IMG/VR virus record: IMGVR_UViG_3300027241_000181
Length of the DNA: 64,000 bases
Strand: one strand, 5' to 3'
From: an uncultured virus (IMG/VR IMGVR_UViG_3300027241_000181)
Lineage: Duplodnaviria > Heunggongvirae > Uroviricota > Caudoviricetes
A program made the position numbers and the translations under genes. Positions 29,649-38,769 of this stretch are shown one piece after another. The stretch's first letter is position 1. Each line of letters begins with the position of its first letter. The notes beneath the pieces are model-generated. The model saw only the letters and a program-made list of their open reading frames with translations. It ran no database searches and had not been told where the DNA came from.

Positions 29649-29676
29649 GAAACTAACTGTAAGCTGTGAGGTATAA
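29649..29676 (+). promoter_or_regulatory. Bipartite phage promoter for the clamp loader
   Basis: GAAAC-N17-GTATAA. Confidence 0.65.
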
Positions 29677-29696
29677 CCTCTGTAAACGTGTAAATT

Positions 29697-30653
29697 ATGC
29701 AATCATTGACGCAACTCTTTACTGAAAAGTACCGTCCAAAGAACTTGGACCATTTGATTCTACCCGAACGAGTGATGAACAAGTTCAAAGATGGAATCCA
29801 ACAGAACATGCTGTTCGCTGGAAGCCCAGGGACTGGTAAAACATCAACTGCTAAGGCAATTGTCAATCAGTTTGAGTTACCTTACCTATATATTAACGCT
29901 TCAACAGATACATCAGTTGATGTTATCAGAACTCGTATCACTGACTTCTGTTCAACCATGTCAATCCTAGATGACCGAAATAAATTCAAGGTAGTTATTC
30001 TTGATGAGGTCGATGGTGTATCTGATCAGTTCTTCAAGGCTCTTCGTGCTACGATGGAACAATTTGCTTCCAACTCACGATTCATTGCAACATGTAACTA
30101 CATTAACAAGTTACCAGATCCAATTCTTAGCCGATTTGAAGTCATTAACTTTGACTTTGATAAGAATGAAGAAGCTGAATTAACTAAGAAATACATTCGC
30201 CGCGTTCATGAAGTTTGTAAAGACGAAGACTTGACGATTGAAAAAGATGCATTGGTTGAGTTTGTTCGTCGTAACTTCCCAGACCTTCGCACAACTTTAA
30301 ACAAACTTCAAGGTTATAAGTCACAGGGTACCACTTCAATTGGTATCGAAGATGTAAAACGATTCAACTCGGTCTATAAAGACGTGTTTGAACTCATCTT
30401 TAACGAAATGGATCCAGTGAAGAACTATAAGCTTCTCGTTAGTGAATACTCTAATCGTGTTGATGATGTTCTACAATCACTAGGACAAGACTTCATTGAA
30501 TACATCAAGCAAGAAAAAACACAGGCTGCAAGATTTATTCCTCAAATCATCATTGTTGTCGCTGAGCATCAAGCTCAACGAATCAATGTGATTGATCCAG
30601 TTATTACAATGTTGTCATGTATTTACAAAATACAAACAATTATTAAGCAATAA
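29697..30653 (+). CDS. gp44: Clamp loader large subunit (gp44, RFC-like AAA+)
   Basis: EKYRP, GSPGTGKT, INAS, ILDEVD, SRF and FPDLR. Confidence 0.93.
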   Translation: MQSLTQLFTEKYRPKNLDHLILPERVMNKFKDGIQQNMLFAGSPGTGKTSTAKAIVNQFELPYLYINASTDTSVDVIRTRITDFCSTMSILDDRNKFKVVILDEVDGVSDQFFKALRATMEQFASNSRFIATCNYINKLPDPILSRFEVINFDFDKNEEAELTKKYIRRVHEVCKDEDLTIEKDALVEFVRRNFPDLRTTLNKLQGYKSQGTTSIGIEDVKRFNSVYKDVFELIFNEMDPVKNYKLLVSEYSNRVDDVLQSLGQDFIEYIKQEKTQAARFIPQIIIVVAEHQAQRINVIDPVITMLSCIYKIQTIIKQ

Positions 30654-30704
30654 TTTCCTCGGGTCACCGGAATTTGTTATATTAGCCCTATAAAGATAAA
30701 AGTT

Positions 30705-31937
30705 ATGAAATTAGGCAAACACACGTTAATGATCGATGGCAACTACTTTGTATACAGCCGTCTATATGTCATGCCTCGTAGCAAGTCCGGTAAACTGTTA
30801 GGAGATGAAAAGGAAAAAGCACAGTTCATGCGCAAGCTGTGTATCGATATTGCCAGCGAAATTCGTAAAATGCGACCTTTCATTGATCAGGTTGTTGTTG
30901 CTGTTGATTCTAAGTCTTGGCGTAAAGATCTGTTTCCTGAAGCTGAATACAAGGGTACTCGTGTAGCCGATGACTCAGTCGATTGGGATGCAGTGTATAG
31001 TGTATACGATAGCTTTCGTACGGTTCTTCAAAAACAGGGTGTTATTGTTCAACAAACTAATGGTGCCGAAGCTGACGATATTCTGTTTGCATGGGCAACT
31101 GAATTAAACAATCAGGGCCGCAATTGCATCGTATGGACAGGCGACCGTGATCTTATTCAATTGGTTGATTACACCCAAGCCACTGATGGTTATACTCTTT
31201 GGTACTACAACACTAAACGTAATCTTATTGCATTTAACGGTTTCACCGCTCTATTAGAGGGTGAGTCTAATGATACCAAGTCTGATGATGACTTACTATT
31301 TAACCTATCAGGTTCTGACATCGCAGGTAGTCTTAAAGATGATATTAATGATTGGGTTAAACGTAATCGCGTTAGTATTGAAGAAATAGATTCACGTGAA
31401 TTTCTGTTCAAAAAGATTCTTATCGGTGATAAATCAGATAACATACCTTCAGTTGTCACTTACGATAAGCAAATGAATAATGGCAAGCATCGTACCTTTT
31501 CAATCACAGAAAAGCAATCTGAAAAGATTCTTGCACAATATGAAAAAGACTATGGTAGTTTTCAGGTAGAACATTTGTTCATCAAAGAAAATCGTCAGCA
31601 CATGTGCGATGTAATCTATAGGTCGGTTGGTAACTCAAACGTAGAACAGATTGCTTCTAATTTGATGCAAAACATTCAACTAATGTTTCTTCACGTTCGC
31701 ATCATACCAGAACCTATTCTAAAAGCAATCTATAAGGAAATCTCTAAGCCTTATGATAGTCCTAATTTCCATAATCTATCACAGATGGAACGCATCCTTG
31801 AAGGAACGGGCTTTACTGATCGCGATAAACAAGTCGTACCCAAAGGAATGGATCCCTTTAGCGGTCTAAAATTAGTTGATGAAAAGCCAAAGAAGGAAGA
31901 TCAACCTAAGACTAAGAAGCTGAACGAATTGTTCTAA
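30705..31937 (+). CDS. rnh: RNase H / 5'-3' flap exonuclease (T4 rnh-like)
   Basis: IDGN, SWRK....YKG.R, EADD, TGDRDL.QL and GDKSDNIP. Confidence 0.9.
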   Translation: MKLGKHTLMIDGNYFVYSRLYVMPRSKSGKLLGDEKEKAQFMRKLCIDIASEIRKMRPFIDQVVVAVDSKSWRKDLFPEAEYKGTRVADDSVDWDAVYSVYDSFRTVLQKQGVIVQQTNGAEADDILFAWATELNNQGRNCIVWTGDRDLIQLVDYTQATDGYTLWYYNTKRNLIAFNGFTALLEGESNDTKSDDDLLFNLSGSDIAGSLKDDINDWVKRNRVSIEEIDSREFLFKKILIGDKSDNIPSVVTYDKQMNNGKHRTFSITEKQSEKILAQYEKDYGSFQVEHLFIKENRQHMCDVIYRSVGNSNVEQIASNLMQNIQLMFLHVRIIPEPILKAIYKEISKPYDSPNFHNLSQMERILEGTGFTDRDKQVVPKGMDPFSGLKLVDEKPKKEDQPKTKKLNELF

Positions 31938-31966
31938 ACTTAACATATTTACGGGGTATAATTAAT

Positions 31967-32398
31967 ATGCTGGACGAAACTAAATTGTTCGACTTCATTA
32001 AAATGATGTTCGAAAAACCCAAAGAGTACGATGCTATTAAACAGCATAATAAGAAGCGTCATTTCTTTATGATCAATCGTTTCTTTTCGATTAAGTTTCC
32101 TGATAATGCAAACGCGTTCAATCTTAACGGTATTGAAGGTTCTCACGTGGTTGATAGTTGGAGAATGGTCGCAGGTAGATTTAAAGGCGTTCCAGGTTGG
32201 ATTTACACCAAGACCAAAAAAGCTTCACCGTCTGCAGCCAAAGTAAAAGATCAATATATACCTTCAGACGAAGCAGTTAAATTCTATATGACCAAAAATG
32301 AAATTGGCAAAAGAGAATTTGAAGAACTGAAAAAGTTTGCGCAATTTGAATTGTACAAAGACCTTCAAATGATTGAAAAATCAATCAAAGTTTATTGA
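31967..32398 (+). CDS. Probable clamp loader small subunit (gp62-like)
   Basis: LFDFI...F, FMINRFFS...D.AN..N pattern; TAAAC-N16-GTATAA at 31935-31961. Confidence 0.6.
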   Translation: MLDETKLFDFIKMMFEKPKEYDAIKQHNKKRHFFMINRFFSIKFPDNANAFNLNGIEGSHVVDSWRMVAGRFKGVPGWIYTKTKKASPSAAKVKDQYIPSDEAVKFYMTKNEIGKREFEELKKFAQFELYKDLQMIEKSIKVY

Positions 32399-33045
32399 TG
32401 AAAATATACAACTCATCCGACTTCGTAGATGTGATTGACGTGACGCTGTTCAAGTATAATCACTATGATAATTTGATTTGGACTAAATGTCTGAATCAGT
32501 TGGACTACATGAGGGTTGACGATGAATCTATTTTAGTTACTCCATATCAATTGGAGACGATGTTTGAATATAACTTTGAGAAAGAAATTAGACGTATTAA
32601 GGCCATCACCTTTGAGTTGATTCACAAGGATGCTTCATCTCTATTCTTTCTTCACAAGATTGTTGAAGATTTTGGCAGATTAAAATGGATCAAATTAACA
32701 CTTTCCAAGCGTAGAAACTTTAGTAGAGTAATTGAAGATTTTGAAAATACAACTCGACAAATAAAGTATTCTTATAAGATTCTTAGAGCGACCGTTAGAT
32801 TGAGCGAATTTATTGATGTTCATGAAATTAAAAAGATCAATCCACTGTTGAGATCTGCTGGTTTGATTGGTGAAAAGCCATACAACTCAATGCCTATTAA
32901 GCGATTGACTATGGGAGTTGAAAGTATTTTAGGTTCAGAAGACATGTCTGATCAAACGGCCGAATCCCTTGCAATGATTTTAGACATCATTGACCATAAA
33001 CTGGAAGGTGATAATCCTGAAGTACTTTTAGTCACGGATTGGTGA
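32395..33045 (+). CDS. Hypothetical protein
   Basis: 216-aa ORF overlapping the previous stop. Confidence 0.6.
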   Translation: MMKIYNSSDFVDVIDVTLFKYNHYDNLIWTKCLNQLDYMRVDDESILVTPYQLETMFEYNFEKEIRRIKAITFELIHKDASSLFFLHKIVEDFGRLKWIKLTLSKRRNFSRVIEDFENTTRQIKYSYKILRATVRLSEFIDVHEIKKINPLLRSAGLIGEKPYNSMPIKRLTMGVESILGSEDMSDQTAESLAMILDIIDHKLEGDNPEVLLVTDW

Positions 33046-33074
33046 GATATATAAAAGAAAGTCTCACTTTCTGA

Positions 33075-33575
33075 ATGAAAAAACTACGCGAATTACTAAA
33101 GGATTTTGGTAAGCGTGAGGAGTTGGTTTACATTGTTGTTCTGTTATGGATTACAATGGGAGTTCTTGGAGCTTATAAAGATACTGATTTCACTCAACTT
33201 GCAGCCTACTTTGGTTCACTAACAGCATACGTTGCAACTTATATCTGGGGAGAGTCTCGTAGGCCAAGTGAAAAGACTGGTTTAATGAAAGAGGGTCCAA
33301 ACTCTAGACGAGAAGTAATGATATACATTATCGTTGCTCTATGGACCATTGTTGGTGGATTTGCAATATGGTTTAAGGCTAATTTGAGCGATCTAGCAGT
33401 TTACTTCGTATCACTTACGGGTTTCATTGCATCTTGGATTGCGGGTGAAGTTTACAAACCTCAGGATATTGTCAAATCTAAACCGGTTTCAAAGCCAACT
33501 TTCAGTCAGAAACCATCGGTTCCAAAGATCATTGGTGAAGAACCTTCCGACGAGGCCAAAAACATTGAAGTATAA
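33075..33575 (+). CDS. Four-TM late membrane protein with an internal duplication; holin candidate
   Basis: Two copies of RE..Y.IV.LW...LA.YF.SLT...I.GE; GATATATA at 33046. Confidence 0.55.
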   Translation: MKKLRELLKDFGKREELVYIVVLLWITMGVLGAYKDTDFTQLAAYFGSLTAYVATYIWGESRRPSEKTGLMKEGPNSRREVMIYIIVALWTIVGGFAIWFKANLSDLAVYFVSLTGFIASWIAGEVYKPQDIVKSKPVSKPTFSQKPSVPKIIGEEPSDEAKNIEV

Positions 33576-33582
33576 ATAGTTT

Positions 33583-35520
33583 ATGGTAACTGGCTCAACA
33601 GCAAATGAGATCGGAGATTTCATCATTGGAAAACTTGTCGATCCGTATGAAAACGTAATTCGTGTGACAGATTGGTCTATTTTGGCCGGTCTAAGTAACG
33701 ATTATACGGTAGGTAAAATTAGTTTTACTGAAGGGTCTACGACCGTTTCAGGGTACGGTACTAATTTTAATCTAAGTCCTGGTGATTCTATCATCGTAGG
33801 TAATCACGTACTTGAAGTTGCACTTCAAGTTACTCCACTTCACATTGAACTTGCTGATCCAGCACCTTTCACTGCATCGATGGCAACTTTCATGATTTTG
33901 CCAGATGCAAACAATGAGTTTATTTACGAATACCGATGGTCTCACACTAATGAAGAATTCAGTGAATTCAAATTATTGACCAAAGATATGAATCCTGGTG
34001 ATCTGATGTTTATCGCATGGGATGGAACGAGACCACTTTGGATTGACGTTAAAGGTACTGTTGATCGTTTAACGCTAGGTGCGTCATTAACGATGATCAG
34101 TATTACGTTCACACTTGAAACCACTGAAGGAGAAATCATAGCTTGTCCACAGTATTGCTTAGGATGCGATGATCCATATTCATATATTGGTTGCGCCAAC
34201 ATTAAACCATGTACGACTGATGAAAATATCTTTAAGCCATACGAATTAAATAAGAGCGATAATCTGTACAGACAGCTTGTAGAAATTTCAACTGACATCT
34301 TTGGATGGCCAGTAAGATATTACAGAACTGAACCCGATGAAAGAACCAGAGACGTTACTTTCATGGAGTATTCTTTGTTTAACGTAGTTGCCCAAGGAGA
34401 CGTTAAAGTTTCGGTTCCAGATAATGAAATGCCAACACAACAAATCAATTACGACATCTTCGGCATGGGCTTTGAAGATTTTGAAATTCACATTGCTGAC
34501 TATCAATTTGAAAAGACTTTCGGACCATTTAAGAGACCAAGAGTTAAAGATTACTTGTACTTCCCAAAACTAAACAGGATGTACGAGGTCAAATCTGTGT
34601 CACTGGCAGATGAGTTCAATGTTAACCATACATACTGGAGAGTGATGCTAGCGAAATATCAAGATCGTTCGGCGGTTATCAAGTCTCCAGAGGCAGAAGC
34701 AGAATTGCAAGACCTAGTAGTTGGAATGGATGACATTTTTGGAGCTGAAATTCAGGACGAGAGCAAAAAGGTTACAAAGCCGCAACAACTTCAAGGAGTA
34801 TCTCATATTTGGGAAGATGGCGTTAGAACTGGTGCAAATGCCCTAGTTAAAATAGTTGACTATGATTTGAAAAACAGATGGACAATTGTATCTAAGCATC
34901 ACTATAATCTAAGTACTGTTCCAAATGATCAGACTGCAGTTGAATATATTCAACCTGCAAAACAAACGCAAGAAGAAAACTTAGCATTTACATTCTGGGT
35001 TCAACCGACCTTTGATAACTTAGATACAACCAAATATGTTTTGATCCAAGGCGAACAGTTTGGCGTTGGTTTAACGGCAAGACTTTCATCATCAAAATTA
35101 GAGTTGATGATTAATAATCAACCATACACTTTCATGCACGGTATGATCATGTCAACTGACGAATGGTATGCGATTGTTATCAATCTATCAAACGACTTTA
35201 GAGAAATTGGAGTGTATATGTACTATCTAAATGAACAACTCAATTACGTTAGACCACAAGATGGTAATAACAACCTTGAACTTCAATTTAGAGAAATTAG
35301 ACCTACAACACAATCATTTATTTGGGATGTGGATAGAGGTTATCAATTAAGAGGTGGTAAATTAAAGATGACAAACATTAGAATTTGGAAAAAGACCATT
35401 GAGGAAGAACAACATTCCAATGTGTTAAACCAATCTCTAGTTAGAGACGCACAATACGCATTGGTGATAGATAACGCCATTCCATCTCTTTCGTACCAAC
35501 GATATAGAAACGCAAGATGA
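33583..35520 (+). CDS. Neck protein (gp14-like core) with an N-terminal extension and a C-terminal LamG-like domain
   Basis: Central FG..V.YY, D..F.E, FG...., RP...D.LYFP..NR.YEV; C-terminal FTFWV, WYAIVI and NIRIWK; TATAAATA at 33571. Confidence 0.65.
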   Translation: MVTGSTANEIGDFIIGKLVDPYENVIRVTDWSILAGLSNDYTVGKISFTEGSTTVSGYGTNFNLSPGDSIIVGNHVLEVALQVTPLHIELADPAPFTASMATFMILPDANNEFIYEYRWSHTNEEFSEFKLLTKDMNPGDLMFIAWDGTRPLWIDVKGTVDRLTLGASLTMISITFTLETTEGEIIACPQYCLGCDDPYSYIGCANIKPCTTDENIFKPYELNKSDNLYRQLVEISTDIFGWPVRYYRTEPDERTRDVTFMEYSLFNVVAQGDVKVSVPDNEMPTQQINYDIFGMGFEDFEIHIADYQFEKTFGPFKRPRVKDYLYFPKLNRMYEVKSVSLADEFNVNHTYWRVMLAKYQDRSAVIKSPEAEAELQDLVVGMDDIFGAEIQDESKKVTKPQQLQGVSHIWEDGVRTGANALVKIVDYDLKNRWTIVSKHHYNLSTVPNDQTAVEYIQPAKQTQEENLAFTFWVQPTFDNLDTTKYVLIQGEQFGVGLTARLSSSKLELMINNQPYTFMHGMIMSTDEWYAIVINLSNDFREIGVYMYYLNEQLNYVRPQDGNNNLELQFREIRPTTQSFIWDVDRGYQLRGGKLKMTNIRIWKKTIEEEQHSNVLNQSLVRDAQYALVIDNAIPSLSYQRYRNAR

Positions 35521-36200
35521 TCATACGATACTCTGAATTTCAAGCCCTATATGAAAAGGGAGCTAAACTTGACGGAGTTGCAAGTCAACTTCTAAAAGAT
35601 TGTTTTAAGAAGTGGGTCACTGACCATAAATCTGGTAAAAGTCAAGGTAGCTTCTATCAGCAAATAGAACTTCCAGGATTGGAGTTTGATTTTGACGCAA
35701 ACATTCATTTCAAGTCAAAGGGATTTGACATTCACAATACAACCGGAGCAGACGGTCGAGACATCGATGACGATGACGAAGATCAAACACCTTACATCAT
35801 TATTGACTTTGACGTTAACCCAAAGTGGTTACCAGGGTATTGGTCTGAAATTTATATGCACCTTGCAGATGTTATTAGACATGAAATTGAACACATCACA
35901 CAAGACGGTCCAAACATTGGCAATTATAGGGGTGGTAAACCGAATGAAGACGATCAACAGATGAGACTGTTAATTAAGTCTGGAATTCTACCACAACACA
36001 TGTATCTATTGCTACCAAAGGAGGTTGATGCAAATCTTCAAGGTTTAAGATACGAAGCCAAGAAAAGAAAGATGTCAATGATTGATACTGTCAATCAATA
36101 CTTAGACACACAGGATTACCTAACCCCTGAAACCAGAGAAGAGGTGATCAACCACTGGAGATTCAGAGCCGAAAAGATCGGCGGTATTCCGAAGTTCTGA
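35517..36200 (+). CDS. Putative zinc metallopeptidase (HExxH)
   Basis: VIRHEIEHITQ with a downstream Y....E..A third-ligand motif. Confidence 0.65.
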   Translation: MIIRYSEFQALYEKGAKLDGVASQLLKDCFKKWVTDHKSGKSQGSFYQQIELPGLEFDFDANIHFKSKGFDIHNTTGADGRDIDDDDEDQTPYIIIDFDVNPKWLPGYWSEIYMHLADVIRHEIEHITQDGPNIGNYRGGKPNEDDQQMRLLIKSGILPQHMYLLLPKEVDANLQGLRYEAKKRKMSMIDTVNQYLDTQDYLTPETREEVINHWRFRAEKIGGIPKF

Positions 36201-36230
36201 TATATACTACCAGAATAACTTATTACCATT

Positions 36231-36884
36231 ATGTCGGATAAGAAAACTCTTCGTTCCCAAGCGGACGAGATTAGAAATGAATTGGATAGTTTGATCGGAG
36301 ACAATGAATCCCTTGAAGGAATCATTGACGTAGATCCACAGCTTCCAGCACACCATAGACCAACATTTAACTTCTTAGAGGTTAAAACTGGTGCAGATAA
36401 ACAGGCTAAAAAGACCATTGATGCCTTGATGAGGTTCTATCTAGATTCCGACATCATTGAACATAATGAATACGTTAAAGCCAAGAGAAAGATGGACGAG
36501 ATGACGATGTCATCTCTAGTGTATCAACTCCAAGCGGGTGAAAGAGCACTAACTCGTTTATTAGAGACCATCGAGGATGGCGACATGGCTCCTAGGATGT
36601 TCGAGGTTCTTGCAACCCTACAAAAGTCAATGTTGGACATCATCAAATCACAAACGATGTATTTGATGGCAACTGAAGAATCAATGAAGCGTATCGCTAG
36701 AGATTCTGAATTATATCAGGAAAAGACAAATCGTCAAATCTCTGAGGACTTTAACAATGAAAAGGGTTCATCTAACGTTCAGCGTGGAACCAAAGATCTG
36801 ATGTCAAAGATTCAGGCTTCAATCGCAGGTAACGTCGAAGACGCTGAAATTGAAGAAGATACAACAGATAACACTGAAGAATGA
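36231..36884 (+). CDS. Terminase small subunit (gp16-like)
   Basis: PRMFEVLATL motif; overlaps terL; GATATATA at 36199. Confidence 0.7.
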   Translation: MSDKKTLRSQADEIRNELDSLIGDNESLEGIIDVDPQLPAHHRPTFNFLEVKTGADKQAKKTIDALMRFYLDSDIIEHNEYVKAKRKMDEMTMSSLVYQLQAGERALTRLLETIEDGDMAPRMFEVLATLQKSMLDIIKSQTMYLMATEESMKRIARDSELYQEKTNRQISEDFNNEKGSSNVQRGTKDLMSKIQASIAGNVEDAEIEEDTTDNTEE

Positions 36885-38710
36885 GCGATTACGTAGGAGA
36901 TAACGTTTGGATCCCAAAGGATAACGATGATTCCACCGCAGCAAAACTAGTATGGTCATCTAAAAAGGTATCTGATCTAGTAGTTGCGATGGACCAGGGT
37001 TATCGTCCAAAGATTTCTTTGCCCTTCTATGAGGGTAAACAATTTCTACGAAAGGGTAACATTGTATTTGAATACACTGACGAAGAAATTCAAGAACTTG
37101 CAAAATGTGCAAGTGATATTGTATACTTTGCTGAAAAGTATGCAGTGGTTATGACTGACGAAGGTATTCGTAAAGTTAAGCTTAGAGACTATCAAAAGGA
37201 CATGTTACGTAACTTTCAAAATGAAAGATTTAATGTAGTTCTAGCTTCTCGCCAAATGGGTAAAACCGTTACAGCTTCAATCTTTAACGCATGGTACCTA
37301 ACTTTCCAAGTTGACAAGAACACTCTACTTCTTGCGAACAAGTCAGATACAACTAAAGAAATTATCGATAAGGCCAAAACCGTAATTGAGAACCTACCCT
37401 TCTTTATGAAACCGGGCATTATTAAGTATGACGTTATGAACGTTAAAGCTGATAACGGTTGTCGTCTTGTAGGTCAATCTACCACTGCTAAAGCAGGTAT
37501 CGGTTTTACGATTCACACTCTATTCTTGGACGAGTTTGCACACATTCACGGTTCAATTGTAGATACGTTCTATGAAAACGTATATCCTACCCTGTCGGCG
37601 TCAAAGGTATCACGTATCATCATCACTTCTACACCTAACGGTTTCAATAAGTTCTATGAAATCTATTCAGCTGCAGAGAAGGGGCTAAATGCCTATAAAG
37701 CCACTCGTATTGACTGGTGGCAACACCCCGACAGAGACGATGAATGGTATGAACGTGAATTAGGTAACCTGGGCTCTGAAGAAGCCTTTAACCGCCAATA
37801 CGGTAATGAATTCGTATCATCATCAAACCTACTATTTGACCCCGTAACGATGAAGAAACTTCGCAAGGGAATGGCTAAATACGAATACGAAGATCTTGAA
37901 GAGTTTGAAAACATTCACATGGATTTGAAGGGATACCTTGGGTTTGCTCCGGATTTTGATGTTGAATACGCAAAGGAAGAAGGTAGATATTATGTGTTCT
38001 CAGTTGACATTGCCGAAGGTAACGGTGGCGACTATTCTGTAATCAACCTATTCGAGATAGTGCCAATGAAAAAGAAGCAAATGAAGTACGTTCAAAACCC
38101 AGGGGCAATGTACGATTTCTTCACGTTAAAGCAGATTGGTCTATTTAGGTCTAATGAGCACGTAATTGAAGACTTTGCTAAAGTACTTTATACCCTATCA
38201 GTTGAAATCTTTGAGCCTGAGAACGTTAAATTGATCATTGAATACAATACCTATGGTTCTATTCTAATTAAGTATTTGACAACTCTATTCCCACAGAGAA
38301 ACGAGTTTGATGAAGAGATGATTGTTAGATTCAGACACCGCCACGATGCAAGGGTTTTGAAACCAGGCATTAGAGTCAAATCCGACAATAAACCTGTGAT
38401 GTGTCAGAACCTTAAAAAGCTAGTTGAGGGTAATAGAATTGATTTCACTGAACATCAAACAGTAACAGAAGCATCAATGTTCGGTACTCTTGTAAATGGT
38501 TCTTATGGTGCTCAACATGGTAATGACGATACTCTAATGACGTGTGTCACGATCACTGAATTCTTCTTAACAGTTGATTACGCTGACTTCATTGAAGAGG
38601 TTCTTGATCACATTGATGAAGAACTTCACAACTACATGGAGAAAATTCTTTATAAAGATCAAAACACTGACGGAGATCTACAATATGACATTTATGATCT
38701 GTTGAATTGA
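36881..38710 (+). CDS. terL: Terminase large subunit (gp17)
   Basis: LRDYQ, SRQMGKT, LLANK, FLDEFAHI, STPNG, VDIAEG.GGDYS and DD.LM. Confidence 0.95.
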   Translation: MSDYVGDNVWIPKDNDDSTAAKLVWSSKKVSDLVVAMDQGYRPKISLPFYEGKQFLRKGNIVFEYTDEEIQELAKCASDIVYFAEKYAVVMTDEGIRKVKLRDYQKDMLRNFQNERFNVVLASRQMGKTVTASIFNAWYLTFQVDKNTLLLANKSDTTKEIIDKAKTVIENLPFFMKPGIIKYDVMNVKADNGCRLVGQSTTAKAGIGFTIHTLFLDEFAHIHGSIVDTFYENVYPTLSASKVSRIIITSTPNGFNKFYEIYSAAEKGLNAYKATRIDWWQHPDRDDEWYERELGNLGSEEAFNRQYGNEFVSSSNLLFDPVTMKKLRKGMAKYEYEDLEEFENIHMDLKGYLGFAPDFDVEYAKEEGRYYVFSVDIAEGNGGDYSVINLFEIVPMKKKQMKYVQNPGAMYDFFTLKQIGLFRSNEHVIEDFAKVLYTLSVEIFEPENVKLIIEYNTYGSILIKYLTTLFPQRNEFDEEMIVRFRHRHDARVLKPGIRVKSDNKPVMCQNLKKLVEGNRIDFTEHQTVTEASMFGTLVNGSYGAQHGNDDTLMTCVTITEFFLTVDYADFIEEVLDHIDEELHNYMEKILYKDQNTDGDLQYDIYDLLN

Positions 38711-38730
38711 TAAATTGTCGTAGTTTCCTT

Positions 38731-38738
38731 GATATATA
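38731..38738 (+). promoter_or_regulatory. Late promoter motif GATATATA
   Basis: Intergenic, before the tail sheath gene. Confidence 0.7.
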
Positions 38739-38769
38739 GTTAAAGCAAAAAAAAGTCCAATATAAAATT

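Noticed and set aside
29648..29866. N-terminal extension of the minus-strand ORF to 29866
   Set aside because: It would overlap the clamp loader gene antisense; the ATG at 29647 is more plausible
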